A stretch of DNA of 64,000 nucleotides from assembly GCF_030144855.1 (NCBI RefSeq), contig NC_082731.1, positions 29,016,001-29,080,000 on the forward strand, given 5' to 3'. Of the stretch, positions 38,546 to 52,198 are shown piece after piece. Made by a program: the position numbers and the translations under genes. The notes under the pieces are model-generated. The model did no database searches. It was not told the DNA's origin and saw nothing but the letters and a program-made list of their open reading frames with translations. This DNA comes from Hypanus sabinus. Its lineage: Eukaryota. How positions within the stretch are numbered: position 1 is the stretch's first letter; each line of letters begins with the position of its first letter.

Positions 38546-41500
38546 GGACTTCCGGTAAAATGGCGATTGCTTAGCTGCTCCGAACTTTTGTTCCATTATT
38601 TTCGCTATCTTTGCACTAAATGTCTCCATCTTTTAAACCTTAATTAGGAACTTTATTTGGTTTCTTTTACTTGCCTGTGAACACATCTACCTTACAATGT
38701 TTAACAAGAGTTCTAAATCCGGGAGAAAGGAAGTTTCGGCTCTGCCTCCTGAGATGATATTTTAAAGGAATTTAGAACCACTTTCAAACAGCTGGAAGCC
38801 AAACTGGATCGGATCAACGATAGAGTGGAGGAACATCCTGAACACTTATCTCGCATCGATTCGACTTCTTAAGATTTAGAAAGTCGTGTTCGATACTTGG
38901 AGACTCTCTGTTCCAGCCTAGAGGGGAAATGTAACAAACTCCTTTCCAAAATGGTGGATCTCGAAAATCGGAGCAGACGTTGTAACCTTCGAATTCTTGG
39001 GTTGCCAGAGGCCACCGAACAGGGATCAACCGTGAAGTTTTTTGCCGAGTTTCTCTGTGAGATATTCGGGAAAGATTTGCTTCCAAACCCGCCTGTGCTC
39101 GAAAGGGCACACCGGGTCTACGTTCCCCCCGGAATTCTGGGCTCCCGCCCGCGACTGGTAATTTTGTGTTTTCACCAATACCAGGTAAAACACCGTCTGA
39201 TTATGGAGGCACGTCGCAGAGGTACTTTTACTTTCCAAAATACAATCATTCACTTTGTGGAAGATTTTGCACGCCAGACCTTAAAGATGCGCGCTGAGTT
39301 TAAAGGCGTAATGAAAGTGCTTTTTGATCATGGTTTTAAATCCTCTCTTCGCACTCCTGCCGATTTACGAATCACGCTTAATACTGGAAAATATAAGTGG
39401 TTTGAGTCAGTGAAGGAGGCTGAGGCATTTGTTGCAAGTCTTCCGGCTATCCAGCCATCTTCGGAACCCGATCGGACCTCCTAAAATGGTGGATAAGTAC
39501 TTCTTGTAGTAAAATTAATTTTTTCTGGTCTCAGACTTTACTTGAATCACTCAGACATTATTCATTGAATCTCTAAGGGCTGTTGACAATCTCTCCCTGG
39601 ATTTGGTGTGTCTTTTTTAAATAGACATTCTGTGCTTAATGTTTCCCTATAGACGTTTAAATTTTACTTGTGTAATCTATTTTATTCTTGTATAACTTTA
39701 TCTATAGAGTTCTACAATTGACTCTAACTTGTTTTGGAGGTTTGAAGTCTTTATTGAAGGCCTCCCTGTTTGTTGGTTCATAGTTTAACTGCTGATTATT
39801 TTTTATTTTTCTATTTATTATTATTTTTCCACCTTTTTTTTTAATCTTTGATTTTTTTCCTCTATGTAAATGGTTGATAAGTACTCTTCTTGAATCTATA
39901 ATTTTCCCCTTCATCCATTTTTTTCCCTTTCTCTTACTTTATTCTTCCATAATTTTTCACGGGTAGGTTAGTTTTGGTTTTCTTCCGATTTTCTCTGTAT
40001 TAAGTTTTATATTTCTGCAGAAGATGTTCCAATTTGTAGTTATGTTTTCTAGTGCATAAACTAGTTACTAGTTGCTATAGTATTTATACAGAACTGCTGT
40101 TAATGACACAGATTTGGAAGTTATATTTGGGTTAATTTTTTTGGTAGAGCTAGCTGCTTTTTTTGGTAGCCGTCTAGTTTTGGGTTGTGTGGATGGGGTG
40201 GGTTTTCCAGTTCCAACATCACTCACTGTATTTATTGTTTGTCTTTATTGCTCAGGACATGTTTATGTTTTGATTTCACAAATCTATGTTTACATTTCTG
40301 CTCCCAGACTGCTATCGTATTGCTTGACTTTTTTATATGCCTGCTGCATTTTATGCATTAGTAATTGATAATGGCTACTGCACTTAAATTCGTGAGCTGG
40401 AATGTAAAGGGATTGAATCACCCTGTTAAAAGGAGGAATGTATTCTCACATATTAAACAACTCAAAGCTGACATTGCTTTCCTTCAAGAAACTCATATTC
40501 GTTGTTCTGATAACTCCCGACTTCTGTCAATGTGGGCAGGTCAGCATTTTCATTCATCCTTTGCCGCTAAAGCTAGGGGAGTCTCCATTCTTATTAACTC
40601 AAATATTCCTTTTGAACTCCATAATAAAATAACTGATACAAATGGCCATTTTATTATTGTTTCTGGTAAACTATACAACACTAAAGTTGTACTAGCAAAC
40701 CTGTATGGCCCCAACTTTGATGATGTTAACTTTTTTGAACTTTTTTTCCTCACTACCAGACTTAAACTCATACCCTCTTATACTGGTTGGTTAGATCCCA
40801 ATCTGGATCGATCGTCCTCTGTTACCAGATCACCTACTAAATCTGCCTTAGCTATCCAATGGTTTCTCTCTAATTTTGGTATCTCTGATATATGGCGTTT
40901 CCTTCATCCTACTGAGAGAGATTATTCTTTTTTTTTCACATGTTCACCATACCTTCACTACAATTGACTAATTCTCACTCGATAACCAACTTATTCCATT
41001 AGCCTACTCTTGTGACTATCAGAGTATACTGATTTCTGACCATACCCCAATTACTCTCTAGCTGAACTTTCCTGGTCTCCCTCAGAGGAATAAACACTGG
41101 TGGTTTGATTCAACTTTATTATTGGATGATGATTTTAAAAAATTTATTAAGGATCAGATAACCTTTTATTTTAACACTAATACATCACCTGAAGTGTCAT
41201 CCCAGATTGTCTGGGATGCCATGAAAGCATATCTGAGGGGTCAAATAATCTCTTACACAGCAAATCCTGTACAGATTGTTAGACATCGTTAACCAGATTA
41301 ACCAGATTAAAGAATTGGATCAACTATATGCTCAATCTAAGAACCCTAAACTATACAAGAAGCATGTTGAACTCCAAACTAAATTTAATCTTCTGTCTAC
41401 TCAACCTGTCGAACGCCAACTTTTCAAAAGCAAGAGTCACTTTTACATTCATGGGGATAAGTCTGGTAAATTTCTAGCCAATCAGCTGAGGTATTCCAAA

Positions 41501-44459
41501 GCCAAACATATTACAAAGATCCGGAAGGAGAATGGAGACTTTACATCAGATCGTTTAGAAATTAATGACGCATTTAAAAATTTTTATTCTCGGCTTTATT
41601 CCTCTGAATCTTTGAATGACAATATCTCTGCTGATCAATTTTTAAAGAATCTGAATATTCCCTCACTTTCATCTGATTCTAAAGCCAAACTTAATGAGCC
41701 TATATCATCAGAAGAAATATCTTTTACAATTTCTGCACTGTCCTCAGAGAAATCTCCTGGACCTGATGGGTTTCCTGTAGAATTTTATAAATCATTCTCT
41801 TCACTTCTTTCTCCTCAGTTACTTTCAGTATTATCTGATTTGTTTAATTACGGCAAATTGCCACCCTCTTTCAATGAGGCATCTATTATTCTTCTATTAA
41901 AAAAGGGCAAAGATTCAACAGAGTGTTCCTCGTATAGGCCGATTTCTTTGCTCAATGTTGATGTAAAGATCTTAGCTAAAGTTTTGGCTCATAGATTAGA
42001 AACTGTTATTCCCTCTATTATCTCTGATGACCAATCAGGTTTTATTAAAAACCATCTCCCTTTATTTAACATTCGGCATTTATTTCATATCTTATACTCA
42101 CCTCCAAATGGGATTCCTGAATGTGTTATTTCCCTCGATGCAGAGAAAGCACTTGATCATATAGAGTGGAACTATCTTTTCGAAGTCTTAGAAAAATTTG
42201 ACCTCGGTCAAAATTTCATCTCTTGGATCAAATTGCTGTACCTGTGTCCTACTGCTTCTGTTTTAACTAATTTTCAGAAATCCCAGGTATTTAATCTCAA
42301 ACATGGCACCCGTCAAGGATGCCCCTTAAGTCCCCTTCCCTTTGATTTGGCTAAAGAACCTTTGGCGATAGCATTTTGAAGTTGTCCTGAATTGACCGGG
42401 ATTTGGAGAGGGGGTGTTGAGCATAAAGTTTCTCTTTATGCTGATGACTTATTACTGTTTCTCTCAAATCCATCTACATCCTTACCTCCAATGTTTTCAC
42501 TTCTTGACCAGTTTAGCCAGATCTCTGGCTATAAACTTAATTTACATAAGAGTGAACTTTTCCCAATTAATAAAGAAGCACAAGAATTAACATTTCGTGA
42601 TCTCCCTTTTAAAGTAGTCCATAATCAATTTACTTATCTTGGAATTACAGTCACAAGGAAGTTTAAAGATCTCTTTCGTGAAAACTTTGCCAATCTTTCA
42701 TATACTATAAAACAGAGTCTGGTACAATGGTCACCTCTATTTATGTCTTTGGTAGGTCATATTAATGTTGTTAAAATGTATGTTCTCCCCAAATTTTTAT
42801 ACTTATTTCAATCTATCCCAATTTTTATTCCTAAATCTTTTTTTTTGATTCCTTAGACTCTATTATTTTGTCATATCTGTGGAAGAATAAGCACTCTAGA
42901 ATTAATAAAAATCCATCTTCAAAAATCTTAAAAAGAGGGTGGCATGGCTTTACCTAACTTTCGTTTATATTATTGGGCAGCTAATATACGTTGTGCTACC
43001 TTTTGGTCTTTCTTCCATGGCCAACCCGAGTGCCCTAATTGGTTGCAATGGAGTTGAGCTCCACTAAAGAATTATCTATTTCTGCACTTCTTGGCTCTGC
43101 ACTTCCTAGCAGTCTGTCCAGATTAATAGCTAATCCTCTTGTTAGACACACTTTGTGTATCTGGGCTCAGTTTAGGAAATGCTATGGTTTCCATGGTTTT
43201 TCCATTTCCAGCCCTGTCGTAATCACCTTTTTTTACCTACCACGTACGATTCAGCATTCCAGGTTTGGTATAGGACGTTTTGAAGATCTCTTCATTGATA
43301 ATCGCTTCGCTTCTTTTCAGCAGCTCTCTGTTAAGTTCAATCTGCCCAGTGCTCATTTTTTTTTAGATATCTCCAAATTAGACACTTTATTGCTCATTTA
43401 ATTACTAACTTTCCTGAAATGCCTGCGAAAAATGCTATGGACTTATTTCTTTCCATTAATCCACTAGGTAAAGGTTTAATATCCAAGATAAATTAGCAGC
43501 CTTACGACGGGCCCCTGTGGATAAAATTAAAATGGCATGGGAGCATGATTTAAATACCTCCTTATCTGATGGGAGCTGGGACTCGATTCTCAAATCGGTT
43601 AACTCAACCTCTCTTTGTGCTCACCATTGCCTTTTACAGTTTAAGATTGTTCATAGAGCACATATGTCTAAATCTAAACTATCTCGATTCTACCCTGACA
43701 TTAGTCCGCTCTGTGATAAAAGCAAGAGGGGCGAGGCCTCTCTCATTCATATGTACTGGTTCTGTCCGAGCTTGGAGATATTTTGGAAAGATGTCTTCAC
43801 TAAGTTATCGTATATTCTGAATCAGCACCTAGAACCAAACCTCTTAATTGCTTTGTTCGGTTTCTGGAGCGAGACAGATTTACGTCTGAATCCAACCAAA
43901 TGCCGAATATTATCCTTTGCCTCTCTTCTGGCTAGACGCTTGATCCTACTTAGATGGAGAGATGTCACCCCGCCCACTCATGCTCAATGGCTTAACGACA
44001 TTATGGCCTGCTTGGACCTCGAAAAAATTCATTATTCAGTTCTCAATTCGGACCTAAAGTTCCATAAGGTCTGGGGACCTTTTATCGAGTACTTTCATAA
44101 CCTTCCTCTTGACTAGGGTTTTTTTTTTCTTTTTGGTCCTTTGCTTTCAGCTCCTTTTTTTTCTGGTAGTAGGCATTACTATCCTCTGTTGCTAAGTGTA
44201 TTCACAGTCTGGGAGTTTGATTGTCCTGATTTATATTCTCTATATTGTGTTGTGGTTGGTCTGGAGTTTTTTTTTGTGTTGTGGGGCTTGGGGAGGATAC
44301 TAAGTTTACTTGTCTTCAATTTAGGTGCTTTTTTAAAAAATTCTCTTTCTCTGTATCATATTGTCATTGTATGCTTAATTTTGCACTGTATTAATGTTCC
44401 TCATTGTGATTTGGGTTTTTTTAATCTGTAAAATGTATTAAAAAACTAATAAAAAAAAA
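38546..44459 (+). mobile_element. Second full-length L1/Tx1-clade LINE, frameshifted, with a 17-bp imperfect TSD
   Basis: gaaatgtctgggaaaca (38529-38545) versus gaaatgttttggaaaca (44460-44476). ORF1 ENRSRRCNLRILGLPE. ORF2 SWNVKGLN, PGPDGFPVEF, GTRQGCPLSP, LYADD. Poly(A) end. Confidence 0.92.
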
Positions 44460-45544
44460 GAAATGTTTTGGAAACATTAAAGTTGATGAAAATTCCCATG
44501 GCAACAATTAATTTAGGATATTTTGTTTAAAATAATAAATCTGATAAACATTAAAATATAAAAATCACCCAGAAATCATTCCTGATTAAATCCCTTCCCA
44601 AGGCTCAGAATCCACAGTCAGATGAATGGGAAATGTGATCCTTTGTCAGGTCCGGCTTGTGAGGGAAATGTGGAGATGGATTTCCCAGTGTTTCCCTGGG
44701 AATTCCAGCAGGACCCGTTGTCATGTGGTAGAGTGTGGCATCAGCTCTGGAGGCATCTGTCACTCAGTAAATCCCGGGGTACAGTGGCCTGTGGAACTGA
44801 GGGACTGACTCCAGTGTAAATGGCTGAACACTGGTTGTCCCCTTCAGACTGCCAGCCACAACCAGCACCATTTCACCCACACTATCCTCAGCTTCCCGGG
44901 TACACGGTACCTCAGGAATAGGCTGGTCAGCTGATGTCTGAGGAACCTCACTGCTTTTTATCAATGTCAGGCCCTGAAAAGAGGAGAATTGCTGGACCAA
45001 AGACGAGGGACCAGATGAATGCCGTCAACTAAATAGTGTCAGTCTGTTCATCTACTACACAGTCGGAATCAGATGAGGAGTTCCCAGTAGTTGGGAGCTT
45101 TAGGAATTGTAGGTTAAAAGTACAATTCCCTTCCAACATCACCCAAACAGACTAGATTGTTAACTGTAGTTCAGTTTGTGAGAGCAAAATGCAGACGAGT
45201 TGGATGTTTCATTCCACATATGAAGTGACACACTGCTGAATTATGTATTGGGCTGGGAAAGGCTCTGGGATGTTTGGGATTGTAGAAGTTAATGAAAAAC
45301 ACACTGTTTTCATCAAAATAAATTCAATAAGATAAAACTGGAAACAGCATAGTTGCCAGAAATCAGACTGACAAGAGTCTGGTGAAATATCACTGATGTG
45401 AAACATTAACTCTGTTTCTCACCTCACAGATGTTCCCTGAGCTGCTCAGTGTTGGCAGTGCAGGAGGGACAATAATGTCAGATGGTGAGATTTGCAGCTT
45501 TTACATCCCAGGACCAGCAGGTGGTAAGTACACACAAAGTATAC

Positions 45545-46850
45545 TACAGATGTCCTGGTCAAATCAACGGAAACAAACAAGCTGGAGGAACTCAGCGTGT
45601 CGGGCAGCATCCGTGGAAACTAACAGTCAATGTTTTGGGCTGAGTCCCTTCATCAGGACTGAAGAGGAAGGGACTGGGGCCCCATAAAGAAGGTGGGGGG
45701 AGGGTGGGAAGGAGAAGGCTGATAGGTGCCCGGTGAAAAACCAATCAGAGGAAAGATCAAGGGGTGGGGGAGGGGAAGCAGGGAGAGGATAGGCAGGAAA
45801 GGTGAAGAAGGGGAAAGCACTATGGATAATAGAAGAAGGCAGAAACATGAGAGAGGTGATAGGTAGCTGGAAGGGGAGGCAGAATGAAAGTGTGATGGAG
45901 TAAGGGAGGGGGAGGGAATTACTTGAAGCTGGAGAATTTGATGTTCATACCAAGGGGCTGGAGTCCACCCAGACGGTATATGAGATGTTGCTCCTCCAAC
46001 CTGAGTTTGGCCTCATCATGGCAGTAGAGGAGGCCATGTATGGACATATCCGAATGGGAATGTGAAGCAGAGTTGATGTGGGTGGGAACCATGAGATCCT
46101 ATCTATTGTGACGGATGGAGCATGGGTGCTCGACGAAGCAGTCCCCCAATCTGCGTCAGGTCTCGCCAATGTAGAGGAGGCCGCACCGGGAGCACCGGAT
46201 ACAATAGATGACCACAACAGACTCACAAGTGAAGTGTTGCCTCACCTGGAAGGACTGTTTGGAGCCCTGAATGGTGGTAAGAGGGGAGGTATAGGGACAG
46301 GTGTAGCACTTAAGCTTGCGGGGATAAGTACCAGGCGGGAGATCTGTGGGGAAGGATGTGTGGACCGGGCAGTCGTGGAGGGAACGATCCCTACGAAAAG
46401 TGGAGAGCTTAGTGGTGGGGTCCTGTTGAAGGTGGTGGAAGTTGCAGAGGATTATATGCTGGATCCGGAGGCTGGTGGGGTGGAAGGTGAGGACAAGGGG
46501 AACATGGTACCTGTTGTGTTGATGGGAGGATGGGGTGAGGGCCGAAGTGCGGGAAATTAAGAGATGCGGGTGAGGGCATCATTGATGACGGCAGAAGGGA
46601 AATCATGATTCTTAAAGAAAGAGGACATTTGAGATGTCCTGGAATGGAAAGCCTCATTCTGGGAGCAGATGCGACGGTTTTACACCAGGCACCTACCAGC
46701 CTTCTCCTTCCTACCCTCCCCCCCACCTTCTTTATGGGGCCCCTGCCCCCTCCTTCTTCAGTCCTGATGAAGGGTCTCGGCACAAAATGTTGACTGTTCA
46801 TTTGCAAGGACGCTGCCTGACCTGCTGAGTTTCTCCAGCTTGTTTGTTCA
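45545..46850 (-). mobile_element. Penelope-like element, GIY-YIG endonuclease C-terminal part with terminal repeats
   Basis: Minus strand HGLLYCHDEAKLRLEEQHLIYRLGGLQPLGMNIKF*. cccttcatcaggactgaagaagga motif in opposite orientations at the two ends. Confidence 0.8.
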
Positions 46851-47724
46851 TGTCGATGTGTTAAGTACAGTTCTGTCTGGATCAGTGTTCCTCCGTGGCT
46901 TTATAAAGACACCCATCAAACTGACAGCAGGGTGCTGGGGTGAAGAGGGGAACTGGATGAGGGTGGGTCACAGGGTGCTGGGGTGAGGAGGGAAACTGGA
47001 TCTGGGTAGATAAGCTCTGAGGAAATTTGCAATGAAATGACACGAGTATTTGTACAAAATGATTGATGGTGAATCAGCAGATCAGGGAAATTCAGTCTGA
47101 TTTATTGTAGTAAGTGGATTGAACATCAGGTTGTATGAACAAAGGATGGGCAACTTTATTCATTCATCTTTTGGGATCTGGGCTTTGCCGGTAAAGTCTG
47201 AATGAATTACACATCTGAGCTGCTATTCAGGGGGCATTTGGATATAAACACATTGAAGCGTCAGGAGTCATAAATAGGCTCGAAGGGTAAGGATGAGAGA
47301 TCCCCTTCCCTGAGGGACATCAGTAAAACCGAAGGGTCATCATTACTAATGACTGGATTTAAAAACAATACCAATTATTAAGATGTTGTAAATCTGACCA
47401 CAGATCCAAATCTGTTGCAGATTATGATGAACTGAGTTTAAATTTGTCAGTTTTGTTGTGGTGGTATCCGTGGACTGTTCATCCATCCCTCTGCACTACT
47501 CATCTGCTTTGATGTACTGCCCTGTTTCCCATCACTCCGAATCCAACCTTGTGCCTGTCCATTGGATCACTGTGTCCACGGTGTCCTGGACAATATTTCT
47601 CCTTCAATAACATCTCCAGAACAGACTGTCTGATCGTTCTCCCCTTGCAGTTTGTGGATTCTGCTGTGTGCAGAGTGGCTCCACATTCCCGACTCTACAA
47701 CAGGGCTGTACTTTGAAATTATTT

Positions 47725-48200
47725 CAGACAGACAGACATACTTTATTGATCCTGAGGGAACTTGGGTTTTGTTACAGTTGCACCAACCAATAATAGAGTA
47801 GAAATATAGCAAAATAAAACCAGAAATAATTAAATGATAATGTGAAATATGCCAAGTGGAAGTAAGTCCAGGACCGGCTTATTGGCTCAGGGTTTCTGAC
47901 CCTCCGAGGGAGGAGTTGTAAAGTTTGGTGGCCACAGGTAGGAATGACTTCCTATGACGCTCAGTATTGCATCTCGGTGGAATGAGTCTCTGGCTGAACG
48001 TACTCCTGTGCCTAACCAGTGGATGGGAGTCATTGTCCAAGATGGAATGCAACTTGGACAGCATCCTCTTTTCAGACACCACCGTCAGAGAGTCCAGTTC
48101 CACCCCCACAACATCACTGGCCTTATAAATGAGTTTGTTGATTCTGTTGGGGTCTGCTACCCTCAGCCTGCTGCCCCAGCACACAACAGCAAACATGATA
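47725..48200 (-). mobile_element. Rex1/Babar 3' fragment, inverted paralog of 37853-38352
   Basis: CWGSRLRVADPNRINKL...ERHRKSFLPVATKLYN; (caga)n tail. Confidence 0.88.
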
Positions 48201-49430
48201 GCCGGTGAAGAGCTCGGGGACACCATGAAGGGTGCTCTGTAAATGTCAGCACTTTATCTCGCAACTGAATCACCAGCAACATTGGTTCATGTAGGAAAAC
48301 ACTTGTTAACAAACCCATTCGAGGGATGGAAGACGGCAAGAAATTAGAGCAATTGTTCTGTTTGTGAACTGAGAATAAGCAGTTCATTTGAACAGTAAAG
48401 TACCTGTCCTGTGAGTGTGTGATGGGACAGGTTGGTGAAGCTTCACGCTGTGACTGACCTCTGCTGCCCCTGCCCTGGGAGGGATGGGACAGTGCAGAAG
48501 GATCTTTGCAACTAGTTTGTGGCTGCCAGGACAGGACATGAGAGCTGTAATCTGCATTTAACTCATGCTCTGTTTCCTCTGGGTGCTTGATGGAAACAAA
48601 ATTCTTTTGAGGAAAAAATTCCCAGATTTACAAGATAAATACTGATTCCATTGAATGACAGAGCAGAGAGTGAGGCCATTCATCCAATAGTGTCTGTGCT
48701 TCCCTTTAGCTGAGCAAACCCGATAAACCCATTGGTCTCTTTGCTCTTCCCTGTATCCCTACAAAAGGCGGATCTCCTCCTGTTCCCTCCCTACACTCAA
48801 TATTGACCACCACCATCATTCAGTCAGTGTGTTCCAGGTCACAAACGTTCAACAACAAACCTTCCTGTAAATGCTTCCCTATTACACATTATTGACTTGA
48901 ACACTTCCCTCCCCCTTCCCACCAATGCAAAGCTGCCCGGAATGTGTGAAGGAATTGTGATTTCAATTCCCTGCCTTACCCTTTCTGCACCACTTCCCCA
49001 CTGCCTTCCCAACTCCAAAATTCTTCCCCACCATACCCAACCTCCTCACTCATCAGGAAATAATAGTAAAACCTTAATCCCATCAATTAATCTGGGATAT
49101 CACTGATACTTTTGCTGTATCCTAGGACGGACCATACATCAGACATTACATGATGGGACTGACACCCACCTGTACCCTGGGGATATTGAGCCATCAACCA
49201 GATCATACATGTGTAACCATTCCCTCAGATCATGTCTCAATCCCATTACCTTCAACATGAAAGCAGCCGACAGTAAAACCCGATCCCAATAACTTGACAC
49301 GGAACAGATCCATTGTTGTCACTGACAGGGAACGAGTTCAACTGCACTGAAACGCTCAGCGCCTGAACGTGGCTTCAGTTGGTGCTGAGGATCAGAAGCC
49401 AGACTTGAACCAAACACTTAGCTCACTCAG

Positions 49431-50595
49431 TGTCATAAGGTGGACATTGGGAATGGACCCAAATGCAAGACACAGGCACTGAAGTACAAGGGAGAGGACT
49501 ATGTGTATCAAGAAAGCAAGGGATGTGGGGAACAAACAACACTGGGCAAGACCCAGGCCCTGGACATGACTAGGAGGCAGGGCATGGGCAAGGACTAGAG
49601 TAGGAAAGTGGGACCTGTATGAGGTACTAGGAACCTGGACATGGGCTCTGAGCCAGAGACTGGTCAGGGACCCAGAACCTGGGTCTTGACTCGGGCTTGA
49701 ACTCCAGATCCAGGCAAGGACTTGACGTGGCAAGGCAACAGGACTGAATGTGGAGGCAGGACATGGGACTTCTGGGCTGGACAATGACATGAAGCTTAGT
49801 CTTGGTCTTGATCGAGGGAGGGTAGGAACACAGAGCCTAGGTCAAGGGAGAGCAGAGCAGAAGTGGGGAGAAACATAGCTGGATACAGACACTAGCCCTG
49901 GACAGGACCAGGACTCAGAGCTCAGGCTACTACTTGGACTTGGATATGGACTAGAACCTCCTCAGAGCCTTGGATGCAGAGCACAGGAAAACAGAACACA
50001 GAGCCAGGACCTCTCCTTGGGAACAGGATATAGGGCCAGGACTCATACACAGAACTACACCCAGGGACACAAAGAGACAGTTCCAAGCTCAAAGATAGAT
50101 AGTTCCTTCTGTTGGCATGGTAAGGCTCTGGTCATACTCTGGCAGCTGAACTTGCCAGCAATACAGACAAGGACACAGGCAAGGTTGCTAACAAGGCTTC
50201 AAGCACAGGCAGCCAGCAAGGCAACAGTCATAGTTTACAGGCATAGGTTGCAGGCAGGGCTACAGGCCAGACTTCAGAGGGAAAGAAGGAAACAGTCCAG
50301 TCTCAGGGTAACAGCAAAGACAGCCTGACTTACCCAACTGAGGCAAGGACAGGAAGGGACAGATCCTACCATAGGGTAACAGCAAGAACAGACCACAGAG
50401 GCAAGGACAGGATTCCAACGAGACAAACCAGCAACCACACTCAAACCCAGGGCCACTTTCAGTCCAGCCACAATATGAGAATCAGGTGCCTGTGATTAAG
50501 CGCAACTGAAACAACAACAGCCAGACGACCCGGAGTCCGGCGTCAACGGACCGAACCGTGAACCGGAACGCGACTCCACGGACCGGACAATGACA
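49431..50595. mobile_element. Solo LTR (1,165 bp) with 5-bp TSD
   Basis: TGTCAT...ATGACA termini. CTCAG at 49426-49430 and 50596-50600. Confidence 0.85.
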
Positions 50596-50699
50596 CTCAG
50601 ACAATCAGCCGATGTGAAGGCACAGTCTGGTGACAAGATCCGACCCCATTCCCCTGAGCCTGTTCCCGGTCTGTGGACAGTTCACTTGAGGGGTGGGGT

Positions 50700-51623
50700 A
50701 TGTACCCTTGTACTGTTATTGGGCTCTAGAGAAACCTGCCAATCTGGTTCGCAGACTCCGGGTTTTCCGGCGGTCCCTTGCTGCGGTTGGACTTAACTAG
50801 AAACACCTGAGGCTCATATTGGAACTGGGAATACAAGTGGCCCTGGTAGTGAGTGTGGTTGGGGGTCGTTTCGCCAAGATACTCATGGCACAGATGGCTG
50901 GTGCAAGGCTAGAATGGGCTATTGCCATCCTGCCGGCTGTGTTAGAGAACCATGGCTTCTGGGACCCTTGTTAGTAGTAGTTGGAGCGGTCATTGAGGTA
51001 GGGATTCAGCTGTTTCCCGGGCCAGCTGGATGGCCGTCAGCCACTCCGAGCTAGGTGGGGATCCAGTTGCTTCTGTAGGTAGCTAAGGCTACAGGACGTA
51101 ATGGCTTCTTGGAGCGACCCCAATGCAGAGGTGGAACTGTATGTCGTTCCTTGGTGTTGATCTCTTCCTGTCCTCGTCCCCGTGGGGTAAGTCTGGCCGT
51201 TCTGCCGTTACCAGACAGATGGTCCTGCTTCACCTTGGTGTGGAGTTATAGATGAGTCTCGGCTTGTCAGAGGATAATTCCGGGCTCTATGTTGATGTAC
51301 AGCTCCTCGTCTGCCCCTAGCTCCAGCCTCAAGCATCGACCCAAGCCTGCAGCCTCCAGGCTCTACCCAAGCCCCTAAGTCCCTAGCCGAGCCTCGTCAC
51401 GTCCTCGCCTGGGTTTGTGGGTCCGAGCCCGAGGCAAGATCCAGTTTCTGGGCCCTTGTCCAGTCTCGGGCTCGGAGTCCACTCCAGACTCCTTGTCCCC
51501 ACTCGCTCGTCCTGGTCCTGCTTCCCCTGCCTAGACAGCATCCCATCCCGTCCTTGGGTTCCGTCTCGTCCTGTTCTGGGACTTCTGTGTCCTGGGTCCT
51601 GATTCAATACCCGACTTATGACA
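50700..51623. mobile_element. Degraded LTR-element fragment ending CTTATGACA, about 110 bp from the J donor
   Basis: The end is the reverse complement of the solo-LTR terminus TGTCATAAG. Similar degenerate repeats in the opposite orientation. Left boundary uncertain. Confidence 0.45.
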
Positions 51624-51733
51624 TGTAGTTGCTCTAAATATCTCACTGATTTCAGGTGAATCAACGAATTCGCCAAACCCGTAAACAAATAAAATACAAG
51701 TGCGTGAAGATACAATTGAGAAGTTGGTCTTAC

Positions 51734-51796
51734 CTGAAGTCACTGTCAGCGAGGTTCCTCCGCCCCAGTAGTCAAGATCGACATATATTCTGCATA
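51734..51796 (-). CDS. IgW DJ: Germline-joined D-J segment: (TA)CRIYVDLDYWGGGTSLTVTS
   Basis: 63 nt from heptamer to donor G|gtaag. WGxG motif. Preceded by a 12-RSS rather than the 22/23-RSS expected for an IgH J. Confidence 0.88.
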
Positions 51797-51824
51797 CACG
51801 GTGCTTCATCGTATTTCACAAACC
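51797..51824 (+). promoter_or_regulatory. 12-bp-spacer RSS facing DJ
   Basis: Heptamer CACGGTG (51797-51803), spacer cttcatcgtatt (12 nt), nonamer TCACAAACC (51816-51824). Confidence 0.88.
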
Positions 51825-52159
51825 GCCTTCATCACATCCAGCCCGAAATCCAGTTAATCCCAGAGCCGGCCGGCGGATTTATTAAACCCTCCCTCTGTGT
51901 CCGGGTGTCCCACACAGCGGGTCTCAATCTCAGCCATCCCAGTCCTGAAGTGGAGATGATATAACCCACCGGGACCTTTCACTGGGCTTCCACTGACAGC
52001 TCCTCCTCGGTGGTCCCGTTCCCTTCCAGACACTTCTCCAGTGGAATTTGTACCCTCTCGCAGATTATCCACTCTGGATCTGATTGATATTCACGGATCC
52101 CGGGGTAAAGGCCGGTGAAGGGGCCCGAGGAGAGCAATTTAAAGAGTTTTGTTGCGGTA

Positions 52160-52198
52160 GGTTTGTGTATGGAGGGAGCCACCATCTCTCACACTGTG
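52160..52198 (-). promoter_or_regulatory. 23-bp-spacer RSS after VD
   Basis: Heptamer CACAGTG (52198-52192), 23-nt spacer, nonamer ACACAAACC (52168-52160). Confidence 0.93.

Noticed and set aside
51841-52140. An additional D segment between the two RSSs (CACAGCG near 51913)
   Set aside because: No nonamer is present at 12 or 23 nt and there is no opposing heptamer.
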